Below, one piece after another: positions 1 to 11,277 of a stretch of DNA of 64,000 nt. The notes beneath the pieces are model-generated. The model was not told where the DNA came from. It saw only the letters and a list, made by a program, of their open reading frames with translations, and ran no database searches. Source of the DNA: Candidatus Poriferihabitaceae bacterium (GTDB taxonomy: Bacteria > Pseudomonadota > Gammaproteobacteria > Arenicellales > Poriferihabitantaceae); the NCBI GenBank assembly GCA_965213885.1, contig OZ243919.1:1372692-1436691 (forward strand), in the 5' to 3' direction. Position numbers and translations under genes: made by a program. Position 1 is the stretch's first letter. Each line of letters opens with the position of its first letter.

Positions 1-1542
1 CCGCATGCCCATAATGACGTACTCGAAGTCTTTCGGATCATTCCCGACAACCCGGTCGGGCACCCCGGGCTGCAGCTGCTCCCGGGTATGGGTTTGAGGA
101 TTCTCGACAGCGGTCAGAAACCGTGGCACCACCTTGCGCCCGCGGTTCGCCAGGGTGGCTGTTACCGTTGCCAGCTGCAATGGTGTGATCAGCATATATC
201 CCTGGCCGATACCGACGATGATGGTTTCCCCGGGAGTCCATGGCTGTTGGTGGATTTCCTGTTTCCACTCACGTGAGGGCATCAGACCACTCGGTTCACC
301 CAACAGATCGATACCCGTGTGATCGCCAAAGCCGAAATGACTCATGCCCTCATGCATCGAGTTGATCCCCAGCCGTCTGGCAAGCTGGTAATAATACACG
401 TTGCAGGACTGCTCGATGGCATCATGGGCATCCACGCTGCCATGACCGGACTTCTTCCAGTCGCGATAACGGCGTTTTCCGTTGGGCAGACGGTAGTAAC
501 CATTGCAGAAAACACGTTGATGGGGACTGACGCCTTTCTGCATGCCCACCAGGGTCATGAAACCCTTGATCGTGGAACCAGGCGCATAGCGGCCGTACAA
601 GGCCCTGTTCAGGAGTGGGCGACGGTCCGAGGTCCGCAGTTCCCCATACGCCTTCCTGCCAATACCGTTGACGAAAGGATTGGGATCGAATCCGGGCATA
701 CTTGCGAAGGCCAGCACGTCTCCGGTAGCCGGCTCGATGGCCACGATTGCCCCCTCGTAATCTCCCAGCAGTTCCATGGCCTTTTCCTGCAGCTGTATGT
801 CCAGGCTGAGGTGCAGGACCTTGCCTGCCTCGGGCGGCACCTGTTCAAGATTTCGGATGACCTTGCCGTGGGCGTTGGTTTCCACCTGCTTGAAGCCCGA
901 CTTTCCGAGAAGCGTGGTCTCGTAGAAGGCCTCGATACCATTCTTGCCGATATACTCCAGTCCGCGGTATTTCTCATTGTCTATCTGCTCGAGGTCGTCG
1001 GCACTGATCCTTCCCACGTAACCCACCACGTGGGAGGTCAGATCACCCCGAGTGTAATCCCGTTGCAGCCTTGCCCTGAACTCGGCCCCGGGATAACGGT
1101 GAAGGTTTACCGCCAAACGGGAGGCTTCCTTCTCGCTCAGATTTGCGCGTAGCGTCTGTCGCTCGAATGAAGGCCGTCTCTTGAGCAGTGTGCGGAAACG
1201 CTCAAGGTCATCTTCCTTGAGTTCCACCAGCTGTCCCAGCTGGTCCAGCAACGCATCCATGTCCTGGACCTTGTCCGGCAGAATCTCCAGGTTATAGACC
1301 AGGAAGTTCTGGGCCAGAATTTCCCCGTTGCGGTCATAGATCAAACCACGGACCGGTGGTAACGGCACCAGATCAATTCGATTGCTCTGTGCCAGTTCTT
1401 CAAACCGTGCATGCTGGGAGATCTGCAGGTAACCCACCCGGATCGCCAGCACCAGGGCAAGCAGACCAACCGCGACAAACATCACCACAATCCGGTTATA
1501 TGCATTCCGGCTTTCCAGCAGATAGTTGCGAATCGGTGCCAC
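1..1542 (-). CDS. mrdA: Penicillin-binding protein 2 (peptidoglycan D,D-transpeptidase), first 514 codons; C-terminus runs off the left edge
   Basis: Absent from the ORF track because no stop lies inside the window. My reverse-strand translation from GTG at 1542 gives VAPIRNYLLESRNAYNRIVVMFVAVGLLALVLAIRVGYLQ...GRYAPGSTIKGF (SxxK motif)...GIGQGYMLITPLQLA. It sits directly downstream of mreBCD. Confidence 0.85.
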   Translation of the reverse strand, partial: MAPIRNYLLESRNAYNRIVVMFVAVGLLALVLAIRVGYLQISQHARFEELAQSNRIDLVPLPPVRGLIYDRNGEILAQNFLVYNLEILPDKVQDMDALLDQLGQLVELKEDDLERFRTLLKRRPSFERQTLRANLSEKEASRLAVNLHRYPGAEFRARLQRDYTRGDLTSHVVGYVGRISADDLEQIDNEKYRGLEYIGKNGIEAFYETTLLGKSGFKQVETNAHGKVIRNLEQVPPEAGKVLHLSLDIQLQEKAMELLGDYEGAIVAIEPATGDVLAFASMPGFDPNPFVNGIGRKAYGELRTSDRRPLLNRALYGRYAPGSTIKGFMTLVGMQKGVSPHQRVFCNGYYRLPNGKRRYRDWKKSGHGSVDAHDAIEQSCNVYYYQLARRLGINSMHEGMSHFGFGDHTGIDLLGEPSGLMPSREWKQEIHQQPWTPGETIIVGIGQGYMLITPLQLATVTATLANRGRKVVPRFLTAVENPQTHTREQLQPGVPDRVVGNDPKDFEYVIMGMR

Positions 1543-1550
1543 GGCCTACC

Positions 1551-2063
1551 CTATCTCATCTGAACCATGCCACTGCGTCGTCTGGCGAAACGCAGGAGGG
1601 TATACACCACCGGCCAGACCAAGGCAGAGGTCAATGCTGCCTGCCAGTATACCAGCCTCAGATCGATATCATTGGTCAGGCGAAAGACCCAGGCAAGGAA
1701 CAGGACCTCCAGTGCGGAGAGCGCAAAAATCACCATGCATTGCTGCCATAACGGATACATCCTCACCTGCCGGTGGAAGAGCACCCCTACCATGGCCACG
1801 AACGCCAGCATGAATGCATACACGCCGAACAAGGTATGCAGCATCATGTCCAGGAGCAGTCCGACGATCCAGCCGGTGCCCACTCCCACACGCTCCGGCA
1901 CCGCCAGGCACCAATAAAAAAGCACCAGGCTGACCCAGTGCGGTTCGGCAAAGTTCATCCAGTCCGGATATGGGATGACGGACAGCAGCATGGCCACACC
2001 CAGGGACACGGGAATGATCCACCAGCGACGGCCCCATGCCATTCGAGAGAAAGACGTGGTCAT
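1551..2063 (-). CDS. mreD: Rod shape-determining protein MreD
   Basis: 170 aa polytopic membrane protein immediately after mreC and before mrdA. Size and position are typical of MreD. Confidence 0.85.
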   Translation of the reverse strand: MTTSFSRMAWGRRWWIIPVSLGVAMLLSVIPYPDWMNFAEPHWVSLVLFYWCLAVPERVGVGTGWIVGLLLDMMLHTLFGVYAFMLAFVAMVGVLFHRQVRMYPLWQQCMVIFALSALEVLFLAWVFRLTNDIDLRLVYWQAALTSALVWPVVYTLLRFARRRSGMVQMR

Positions 2064-2124
2064 CGACAGTATCCGCAGAATGCTGCACGCTCCATGCGTA
2101 ACCCGACATCATCGGATTGCCGAC

Positions 2125-2952
2125 TCATTCCCCCACCGCCAATCGATCAGTGTCCCATACCAGCAACACCTGTTTCAACAGGTCGATACGAGTGGTGGTC
2201 ACGGCGTTGATGGACAGGAACGACTCGGTCGCCTCGGTTGTAATTTCCACTACCTCTGCAACCTTGTAACCTGCCGGGAAACGTCCGCCCATGCCCGAGG
2301 TCACCAGGATGTCGCCCTTGCGGATGTCAGCCTGCCGCAAGAGATAGGGCACGTTCACCTGATCCTTCTCCCCCTTGCCCTGTACGATGGTGCGAAGCCC
2401 GTTACGCTGCACTTGTACCGGGATGCCGTGACTGCGGTCCGTGACCAGGGTCACGACGCTCTGGCGTACATCCACTTCCGAAACCTGTCCGATCACACCT
2501 TCAGGCGCAACCACCGGCTGCCCCACGAACACACCTGCCTCGATGCCGCGGTCTATGATGATCCGGTGGCTGAAGGGATCCAGCCCGATATTGGTGATTT
2601 CCGCCAGAATCATCTGGTCATCGGAACGGCGGGAGGTGGCCAGAAGGCGGGACAGGCGGCTGTTTTCCGCCACCAGGGCATCGTACAGCTGCAGTCGGGT
2701 AGCCAACTTGGCCTGCCTTTCGCGCAGGGACTCCAACTCCTCGTAGACGGTGTTGTCCGGATAATGGGAACGGATCGTCTCTGAGATATTCCCGGGCAGT
2801 TCCGCCATGGCATAGAACGGCATCGCGAGTATGGATGCGGTGGAACGCACCGGCTGCAGCTGATCACTCCGATGGTCCACGATCATCAGGCCGAACGACA
2901 GGATCGCAAGCAGGATGAACCGATAGAGGGTACTGACATGCCCGAAAATCAT
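2125..2952 (-). CDS. mreC: Rod shape-determining protein MreC
   Basis: 275 aa with an N-terminal TM segment, a coiled-coil region (ELESLRERQAKLATRLQ) and beta-rich C-terminal domains. Lies between mreB and mreD. Confidence 0.9.
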   Translation of the reverse strand: MIFGHVSTLYRFILLAILSFGLMIVDHRSDQLQPVRSTASILAMPFYAMAELPGNISETIRSHYPDNTVYEELESLRERQAKLATRLQLYDALVAENSRLSRLLATSRRSDDQMILAEITNIGLDPFSHRIIIDRGIEAGVFVGQPVVAPEGVIGQVSEVDVRQSVVTLVTDRSHGIPVQVQRNGLRTIVQGKGEKDQVNVPYLLRQADIRKGDILVTSGMGGRFPAGYKVAEVVEITTEATESFLSINAVTTTRIDLLKQVLLVWDTDRLAVGE

Positions 2953-3087
2953 GGCCCTTCCGGTACTGTCTCTCGTCCGGTCAATCCGCAGGCTCCAGGG
3001 GAAGGAAGCCCCCGGAAACTATGCACTGTGCACACCACCTGCTGCAATGGACTGATTTGGAACTCCGATTCGTTGTCCCTGTGAAAT

Positions 3088-4131
3088 TCAGTTGTCGCTG
3101 GAAAATACGTTGTTCAGGGTATCCATTTCCTCCAGCGCACGGCCGCAGCCGCGGACAACGCAGGTCAGTGGATCTTCCGCGACAACAACCGGGAGATCGG
3201 TGTCCTGCATCAGGCGCCGGTCCATATCCCTCAGCAGCGCCCCACCTCCCGCGATCACCATGCCCTTTTCACCGATATCGGCAGAAAGTTCCGGTGGTGT
3301 CTTTTCCAGTGCCTGACGGATGGCCTGGACGATCTGCACCAAGGCATCGTCGATGGCGTCGTAGACTTCTTCGCTGGAGATCACCAGACTGCGGGCCATA
3401 CCCTCCGATATGTCCCGGCCCTTGATCTCCATTTCCATGTGCTCGGATTCGGACCACGCGGTCGCGATGGTCTGTTTGACACGTTCCGCAGTGGCTTCTC
3501 CGATCAGCACTCCGTGCCGGCGGCGGATGTAGTTGATGATGGCATCGTCGTAGGTGTCGCCAGCGACTCGGAGTGAATTGGAATACACCATGCCCCCAAG
3601 AGAAAGAATACCGACTTCGGTGGTACCTCCACCGATATCCACCACCATGGAACCGGTAGGCTCGGCCACGGGAAGATTCGCCCCGATGGCCACGGCCATC
3701 GGTTCCTCGATCAGGTAAACCTCCCTGGCACCGGCGCTCATGGCGGATTCACGAATAGCCCTACGCTCAACCTGGGTTGAACCGCACGGGACGCAAACGA
3801 TAATCCTCGGACTGGAGAAGAACCGGTTCTCCTGTACCTTCCTGATGAAGTATTTCAGCATGTCCTCGGTGATGTTGAAATCGGCGATTACGCCATCCCT
3901 CAACGGTCGGATTGCCCGTATGGTGCCCGGAGTACGGCCCAGCATCAGTTTGGCTTCCTGACCTACGGCGAGCACACTTTTTCCCGCCCCACCGAAACCG
4001 GAACTCTTGATGGCCACTACCGAGGGTTCGTTGAGGACAATTCCCTTATTTCGCACATAAATCAAAGTGTTGGCGGTTCCAAGATCAATGGCGAGATCAT
4101 TGGAAAAAAAGCCGGCCAGGCGTTTCAGCAT
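3088..4131 (-). CDS. mreB: Rod shape-determining actin homologue MreB
   Basis: 347 aa. N-terminus [18 protein letters not shown] and the DIGGGTTEV phosphate-binding motif are canonical MreB. Confidence 0.97.
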   Translation of the reverse strand: MLKRLAGFFSNDLAIDLGTANTLIYVRNKGIVLNEPSVVAIKSSGFGGAGKSVLAVGQEAKLMLGRTPGTIRAIRPLRDGVIADFNITEDMLKYFIRKVQENRFFSSPRIIVCVPCGSTQVERRAIRESAMSAGAREVYLIEEPMAVAIGANLPVAEPTGSMVVDIGGGTTEVGILSLGGMVYSNSLRVAGDTYDDAIINYIRRRHGVLIGEATAERVKQTIATAWSESEHMEMEIKGRDISEGMARSLVISSEEVYDAIDDALVQIVQAIRQALEKTPPELSADIGEKGMVIAGGGALLRDMDRRLMQDTDLPVVVAEDPLTCVVRGCGRALEEMDTLNNVFSSDN

Positions 4132-4358
4132 TGTGTTTTTGGAGTTGTTGAATGGGGAGGCTAAGGAATCCAGACCCCGGAGAAATCCTAGCGGCGTAGC
4201 TTAACAACCGGTGGCATACTATTCAACTGCGCAAAGCTATGGTAAGTTGCTGCGCAAATGCTGTGTCCGTAACGCTGCAGCATGGCCGGAACGGCCTTTG
4301 TTCAGGCTGCCGGACACAGTGATTGCCATTGCTTGTCCGATCATTTCCGAACCGCCAA

Positions 4359-4649
4359 ATGTCTTCCATCAGCAGTGAGCAGGTCACCCATATCGCGCGG
4401 CTTGCCCGTTTGAAGACCGACGAGGAGAAATCCACCTATTTCGCCGGTCACCTTACCCGTATCCTGGATCTCCTGGAACAAATGAACCGGATCGACACGG
4501 AGTCCATCGAACCCATGGCCCACCCCCAGAACGTCCACCTTCGGCTGCGCGAGGACACTGTCACCTCAAATACCTGTCGCGAGGATTACCAGGCCATCGC
4601 ACCGTTGGCGGAGAACGGACTGTACCTGGTTCCCCGAGTCATCGAATAG
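4359..4649 (+). CDS. gatC: Asp/Glu-tRNA amidotransferase subunit C
   Basis: Track ORF 4323..4649. I prefer the internal ATG at 4359 (MSSISSEQVTHIARLARL...), which gives the usual ~96 aa GatC. Followed by gatA and gatB. Confidence 0.9.
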   Translation: MSSISSEQVTHIARLARLKTDEEKSTYFAGHLTRILDLLEQMNRIDTESIEPMAHPQNVHLRLREDTVTSNTCREDYQAIAPLAENGLYLVPRVIE

Positions 4650-4724
4650 ACAGCGAGCGCTGCGAATATCCGAGACCGGTCCGGGCATCGCCTGACCGCC
4701 ACTGCACAGTCCGCACCCGAACGT

Positions 4725-6178
4725 ATGCACAACCGATCCATCAGGGACCACGCCCGGTCTATGGCCAAGGGCGAATACAGCAGCACCGAACTCACCCGGC
4801 ATTTTCTCGCGCGCATGGCCGATGCCGGAGATCTGAACGCCTTGATCACCGTCACCGGGGACCAGGCCCTGGAACAGGCCCACGAGGCGGACCAGCGCAT
4901 CCGATCCGGTGACGCCGGCCCGCTTGCCGGTATACCGATGGTGCACAAGGATATTTTCTGCACCGAGGGTATTCGCACCACCTGCGGCTCGAAGATGCTC
5001 TCGGAATTCGTTTCACCCTACGATGCAACCGTGGTCAGGCGTCTGGCTGAGGCCGGCATGGTGAGCATGGGAAAAACCAACATGGACGAATTCGCCATGG
5101 GTTCATCCAACGAGTCCAGCCATTTCGGGGCAGTGAAGAATCCCTGGGATACCAGCCGTGTTCCGGGGGGCAGTTCCGGTGGCTCTGCCGCGGCAGTGGC
5201 AGCCCGACTGGCAACCGTGGCCACCGCCACGGACACGGGCGGCTCCATCCGTCAGCCCGCGGCATTGTGCGGTATCACCGGGATCAAGCCGAGCTACGGC
5301 CGGGTGTCGCGATACGGCATGATTGCCTTTGCCTCCTCACTGGACCAGGGCGGCATCCTGACAACGAGCGCGGAGGACGCTGCCCTGGTGCTTGAGGCCA
5401 TGGCAGGATTTGATGAACGCGATTCGACGTCGCTTGCACAGCAGGTGCCGAACTACACGGCATCCCTGGAGGAATCGATCAGGGGCAAGGTAATCGGTCT
5501 GCCGAAGGAGTTTTTCGGTGAGGGCGTGGAGCCGGATGTCGCGGATGCCATACAGGCCGCCATCCGTGAGCTCGAGGCTCTGGGCGCCCGCACGGTGGCA
5601 GTGGAGCTCCCCAACAGCGAGATCGGCATTCCCTGTTATTACGTCCTGGCCCCGGCGGAGGCCAGTTCCAACCTTTCCCGCTTCGACGGCGTGAGATACG
5701 GTCATCGCACCTCACAGTTCGATGACCTGACCGACATGTACGAACGCAGCCGGGCGGAGGGATTCGGAGAGGAAGTGCAGCGCCGGATCATGATCGGCAC
5801 CTACGTGCTGTCATCGGGGTATTACGATGCCTACTACATCAAGGCGCAGAAGCTGCGCCGGATGATCGCGGACGACTTCAACCGCGCCTTCGAACGGTGC
5901 GATCTCATAGCCGGTCCCACTTCGCCGGGCACCGCATTTCCGATCGGCGCCAAGAACGATGACCCTATTGCGATGTATCTGAACGATATATTCACCAACT
6001 CGGTCAACCTGGCAGGACTGCCGGGAATCTCGGTCAATGCCGGGTTCGACCGCGATGGGCTGCCCGTCGGACTTCACCTCATCGGCCGCTATCTGGATGA
6101 ATCCACCATCCTGAACGTCGCCCACCAGTTCCAGCAGGCCACCGATTGGCACAAAACGGCGCCGGGAGGCTACGCCTG

Positions 6179-6179
<1 letters not shown>
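4725..6179 (+). CDS. gatA: Asp/Glu-tRNA amidotransferase subunit A
   Basis: 484 aa with the amidase signature [13 protein letters not shown]. Operon position is between gatC and gatB. Confidence 0.95.
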
Positions 6180-7612
<1,433 letters not shown>

Positions 7613-7654
7613 CCCCTGGGCGATGAGCGGATCTTCCGACAGTGAACTTCTGCG

Positions 7655-7678
7655 GCCGATCAGCTGCGATCGGCGTTT
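7655..7678 (+). terminator. Candidate weak intrinsic terminator after gatB
   Basis: GCCGATC-agctgc-GATCGGC hairpin followed by GTTT. The stem is short and the T-run is poor. Confidence 0.3.
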
Positions 7679-7738
7679 CCCATTCCGCTTAAGCCGATTG
7701 GGGTGCGGAACCGGGCAAGAGGCTCTCCTGCCGGAACC

Positions 7739-8248
7739 CTAGAACCGGTAGGGTTCAATTCTGTCCGCGGACAGCACGTAGCCGATCTCGGCCAGTGCTG
7801 TCGATATCGGAGTTGTTCCAAACATGCCGGTCACCCAAACCGGGTCAAACAGGCCCCCGTCTTCGTAGGGCTTCCCGGTGGTAACCAGCACGAGCTGATT
7901 TGCCGGAGGTGGGGGCACATGGATACAGGCGCCGATATAGGGAACCAGAATGAAGGACGTGACCCCCGTTCCCGTGTAGTCAATCGGTACGATGAACCCG
8001 GGCAGGCGTACGGTTTTCCCATTCCAGTCCGTGCGCACCCCCGTCGCGGGTGGCTGCAGATCTGCAAGCCCCGGGGCATCATGAGGAACGAATTCCTCCA
8101 GTTCGAACGGAAGGGAAAGGGAACCCTCCGGCAACAGGTCACTCCATTCGAGTTCGATGGCCGGTTCCGCCTGCAGCGTACGGCCCAACAGCGTCGCTGC
8201 GGCCAAACCCAGAAGGAAGCAGCGGCGATTCATCTGATCATCCATCAT
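7739..8248 (-). CDS. DUF3299-type periplasmic protein, accessory component of the Zrg-like metal ABC importer
   Basis: 169 aa. N-terminus NRRCFLLGLAAATLLG...LQA looks like a Tat/Sec signal. The C-terminal motif ILVPYIGACIHVPPPPANQLV is typical of the DUF3299 family found next to DUF2796/FtsX-type ABC systems. Confidence 0.7.
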   Translation of the reverse strand: MMDDQMNRRCFLLGLAAATLLGRTLQAEPAIELEWSDLLPEGSLSLPFELEEFVPHDAPGLADLQPPATGVRTDWNGKTVRLPGFIVPIDYTGTGVTSFILVPYIGACIHVPPPPANQLVLVTTGKPYEDGGLFDPVWVTGMFGTTPISTALAEIGYVLSADRIEPYRF

Positions 8249-8377
8249 TTCGATACCGCAATCATTTCACGGCCATCCCGATACGCCGCCGAATTTTCGC
8301 ATATGGCTTCCCTGACCGTATTCCCAAGGTGACTTCTCCCGGTATGGGTACGGACACAGAACAGGTGCATCTATTTT

Positions 8378-9628
8378 TCATATCCTCACCATCATGCCAT
8401 CCGCGAGGGAAAGCCGGTAGGCCCTGAGTGCAGGGATGAGCCCCACAAGCGCTGCGGCACCAACCACGGAAACGAGAATCCAGACCTCCCAGGCAGTGGG
8501 TGTTCCGATCGGTAACCAAAGGCCAAAGACGGCATCCACCCAAGGCCGGGCCACAAGCAGACCCGAGTATAGCAGCGCAGTACCGAGACCGGCCCCGGCT
8601 CCCGCCATCAGGATCGCCTCTGTGATCAGCAACCCGAGAATCGTCAGTGGCCGCGCACCCATTGCTCGCCAGATTGCCATTTCACGTCGGCGCTCATTCA
8701 GGCTGGAGAATACCATTGCCATCATCCCGATCAGCGCCGTGACCACGACCATGGCGGAAACACCGATCAGCGCGGTCTCTGCCACCCCCACAATTTCCCA
8801 GAGCTCCTGCAGCGCCACACCAGGCAGGATGGCCAGGAGCGTCTCCTCAGGATATTCGTTGATCCAGCGCTGGAGCCCAAAGACCTGCAGTCGCGACTGT
8901 ACGCCTACCAGAGCAGCTGTGATTGCATTTGGCGTAAGATCCATCTGACGGATCACCTCGACAGGTGTAGTCTTTCCCGGCATTTTTGCTCCACCCTGCC
9001 AATCGACATGGATTGCCTCGATGGCCTCCATGCCCACGATCACCGTACGATCCACGGGCGTGCCGGTCTTGCCCAAGATGCCCGCCACGCGAAACGGCTG
9101 GTCGGCGTGCTCCGAGAACGATGCAAGGCCGTGCGCGACAACGATGGGATCATCGATGGCATAACCGAGCTTGTCGGCAACATCCGCGCCGACAACAGTG
9201 TCATAGAGGTCTGCGAGGCCGTCGCCGGCTTGAAAAGCCAAAGACTGCCCGCCCCGGAACTTGTAGCGTGTGAAGAATTCCGCCGAAGTGCCCATCACGC
9301 GAAACTGCCGGTGGCTGTCACCAAGTGATATCGGCACGATCCAGTCCACCTCAGGCCGGGCGGCTATATCCTGATAGCTTTCCCAGGATATGTTGTTGGT
9401 GGCGTTGCCAATACGGAACACCGAATAGAGCAGAAGCTGCACTGAACCGGAACGCGCGCCGACAATCAGGTCAGTATTGGAAATCGTATCGGCAAAGCTG
9501 GCGCGGGCGCCGTTGCGCACTTTTTCCACACCGAGAAAGAGCATGACGGACAATGTGATCGCAAGGATGGTCATCCCCACGGTCAGCGACCTCGCCATCA
9601 GCGAGCTGAGGGCGAGTCGGATGATCAT
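8378..9628 (-). CDS. ABC transporter permease, FtsX/MacB-like (ZrgC-like)
   Basis: 416 aa. N-terminal TM segment, large periplasmic domain, then a C-terminal 3-TM FtsX-type bundle. Overlaps the upstream ATPase gene by 4 nt. Confidence 0.85.
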   Translation of the reverse strand: MIIRLALSSLMARSLTVGMTILAITLSVMLFLGVEKVRNGARASFADTISNTDLIVGARSGSVQLLLYSVFRIGNATNNISWESYQDIAARPEVDWIVPISLGDSHRQFRVMGTSAEFFTRYKFRGGQSLAFQAGDGLADLYDTVVGADVADKLGYAIDDPIVVAHGLASFSEHADQPFRVAGILGKTGTPVDRTVIVGMEAIEAIHVDWQGGAKMPGKTTPVEVIRQMDLTPNAITAALVGVQSRLQVFGLQRWINEYPEETLLAILPGVALQELWEIVGVAETALIGVSAMVVVTALIGMMAMVFSSLNERRREMAIWRAMGARPLTILGLLITEAILMAGAGAGLGTALLYSGLLVARPWVDAVFGLWLPIGTPTAWEVWILVSVVGAAALVGLIPALRAYRLSLADGMMVRI

Positions 9629-10320
9629 GCCCCCTCCCTGCCGATGGTTGCGATGTCTCCAATTCCTACCACGCGGTCGAAGTGCCGCCCGAGCCGCTCA
9701 TCGTGACTGACCATCAATAAAGTGGAATCCGCCTGACTGGTCTGGGTGAACAACAGATTCAGGAAGCTGTCCTGGGTATGTGCATCAAGTGCCGATGTCG
9801 GTTCGTCGGCAACAATCAGCGGGGGTTGTCCGATCAGAGCCCGGGCAACGGCCACCCGTTGCTGTTGGCCGACGCTGAGCCGACCTGACAAAACCGGCAG
9901 GACGTCATCTGGGAGCCCCAGTTCCGCACAGAGCCGTGCCGCCTCCGATCGTACATCCCCCGCGCGTTTCCGCCTTTCCGGGGCAAAACGCAAGGGAAGC
10001 AGGATATTGTCCACCACCCGTGCGTAGGGAAGCAGGTTGAACTGTTGGAAAATCAAGCCGATCCGTTCCGCCCGGAACCGGTCACGAGCTCCCGGGCGCA
10101 GCTTTGCAAGGTCTGTACCTGCGACTGTGACACGGCCCGAGATGGCAGTCACGATACCGCAGATCAGTGACAGGAGCGTCGATTTTCCTGAACCGCTTTC
10201 TCCAAGCAGCAGCACCCGCTCCCCCGGAGCGATTTGAAATTCGGGTATAGTGAGGCCAAAGGATTTCCGGCCCGGCCAACAGAACCGGACATCTTCAAGG
10301 GCCAGGGAGACGGTTGTCAA
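9625..10320 (-). CDS. ABC transporter ATP-binding protein (ZrgB/LolD-like)
   Basis: 231 aa with Walker A GESGSGKST, signature LSVGQQQRVAVARAL and Walker B LIVADEPTSALD. Confidence 0.9.
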   Translation of the reverse strand: MTTVSLALEDVRFCWPGRKSFGLTIPEFQIAPGERVLLLGESGSGKSTLLSLICGIVTAISGRVTVAGTDLAKLRPGARDRFRAERIGLIFQQFNLLPYARVVDNILLPLRFAPERRKRAGDVRSEAARLCAELGLPDDVLPVLSGRLSVGQQQRVAVARALIGQPPLIVADEPTSALDAHTQDSFLNLLFTQTSQADSTLLMVSHDERLGRHFDRVVGIGDIATIGREGA

Positions 10321-10321
10321 A

Positions 10322-10942
10322 TTAGATTCGATCCTCTAGATCCAATACTGGGTCGTCGCGCTCAATTTCAAAGGCCTGGGCCCCTTTGCCGGAGACTATC
10401 TGTACCTCCAATTCACGGGCGTTCGGAAAGATCGAGAAATAGGCGAAGTTGATTCGGGTCAGTGCGGACGGATTGGTGCAGTGCAATTCGTACTCGGCGT
10501 GGAACTCGGTATGCGCATTGCCATCCTCCTCGTGCTCCTCGTGTTCTTCGTGCTCCTCATGTTCTTCGTGCTCCTCATGTTCTTCGTGCTCCTCATGCTC
10601 TTCGTGCTCCTCATGCTCCTCGTGTACATCATCTACGAGACTCGCATGGGCATCGACAACCGAGCAATCCGCAGCTTCGGGCAGAAGAAACGAATTCAAT
10701 GGGCGTTCTAGTGCCTCGATCGCGTTCTCGATTGCCATTCGATCCTCGGCGCTTTTCGCAGGATGTTCAAATCCGACGATGTCTGCACCAGGTGAATTGA
10801 GTTCCATCACGATGCGATTGCCCTCAAACGCGATATTCAAATGACCGACACCATGTTCGTGGGCACCCAGATCACGCCGTTCCTGTGCGAGTAGCGGCAT
10901 GGATATGATCATAAATAATGCAGTGAATACAAAACTTTTCAT
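10322..10942 (-). CDS. DUF2796 / ZrgA-like periplasmic metal-binding protein with an (HEE)11 tract
   Basis: The signal peptide MKSFVFTALFMIISMPLLAQ follows the ATG at 10942 (the track start at 10954 is a TTG). His-rich motifs (HEHGVGH, HTEFHAEYELHC) fit DUF2796. The stop lies 1 nt from the ATPase start. Confidence 0.75.
   Translation of the reverse strand: MKSFVFTALFMIISMPLLAQERRDLGAHEHGVGHLNIAFEGNRIVMELNSPGADIVGFEHPAKSAEDRMAIENAIEALERPLNSFLLPEAADCSVVDAHASLVDDVHEEHEEHEEHEEHEEHEEHEEHEEHEEHEEHEEDGNAHTEFHAEYELHCTNPSALTRINFAYFSIFPNARELEVQIVSGKGAQAFEIERDDPVLDLEDRI
10526..10624. repeat. In-frame 9-nt repeat x11 encoding (HEE)11, with an 18-nt sub-period
   Basis: Counted directly on the + strand: ctcctcgtg / ttcttcgtg / ctcctcatg units, 11 in a row (99 nt). 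Confidence 0.95.
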
Positions 10943-11243
10943 CTTCTTTCTCAAATTGATATTACTAAACTAGAATATAGATTTCCGGTGGCAGAACCTG
11001 ATCTACCCCGCATGCCTTTGTCATTGGCTACCCCTGGATTCCGTAACGGCCTGCCATTCGATTGATCCTGAATTCCTGTGACTGAACGGAAATTTGGCGA
11101 CTGTCTGGGGAGACAACGCATTGAGTACACGGTCACCACCATGAAGGAGCCCGTTGGCTTCACCTGGGAAGTGAAACGGGCTACAGGCGTCTCAGCCTGG
11201 TACATGGGATCAACGTGTCTTACTTCGGCATTTTTTCCGGCTG

Positions 11244-11268
11244 AATATTGTTATAATATAACATAACA
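11244..11268. promoter_or_regulatory. Zur-box-like operator overlapping a plausible sigma70 promoter that faces the zinc-uptake operon
   Basis: GAATATTGTTATAATATAACATAAC contains the perfect palindrome TGTTATAATATAACA (11249-11263). This matches the core of the gammaproteobacterial Zur consensus GAAATGTTATAnTATAACATTTC. On the - strand, TTGTTA-17 nt-TTATAA could serve as -35/-10. Confidence 0.6.
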
Positions 11269-11277
11269 TAACATAAC
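11258..11277. repeat. (ATAAC)4 pentanucleotide repeat abutting and overlapping the Zur box
   Basis: ataac ataac ataac ataac read directly. Each unit repeats the TATAACA half-site of the operator. Confidence 0.9.

Noticed and set aside
319-1152. 277-aa + strand ORF at the left edge
   Set aside because: It is antisense to a frame that translates cleanly as penicillin-binding protein 2 (SxxK motif, colinear with mreBCD). It has no recognisable motifs and is a typical high-GC shadow ORF.
10526-10624. Regularly spaced short repeats that could look like a mini CRISPR array or an SSR switch
   Set aside because: The units are contiguous 9-nt in-frame codon repeats (HEE) inside a CDS. There are no spacers, and length changes stay in frame.
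10951-11205. 84-aa - strand ORF in the leader between the Zur box and the zinc operon
   Set aside because: It has no Shine-Dalgarno sequence, an odd composition and no recognisable family. I kept it only as a possibility inside the leader finding.
10955-11240. Faint resemblance of the zinc-operon leader to a cobalamin riboswitch (GGTGAAGCC...GCCACCG)
   Set aside because: The B12-box and the surrounding conserved helices do not line up when read carefully. The resemblance is limited to two short GC-rich words.
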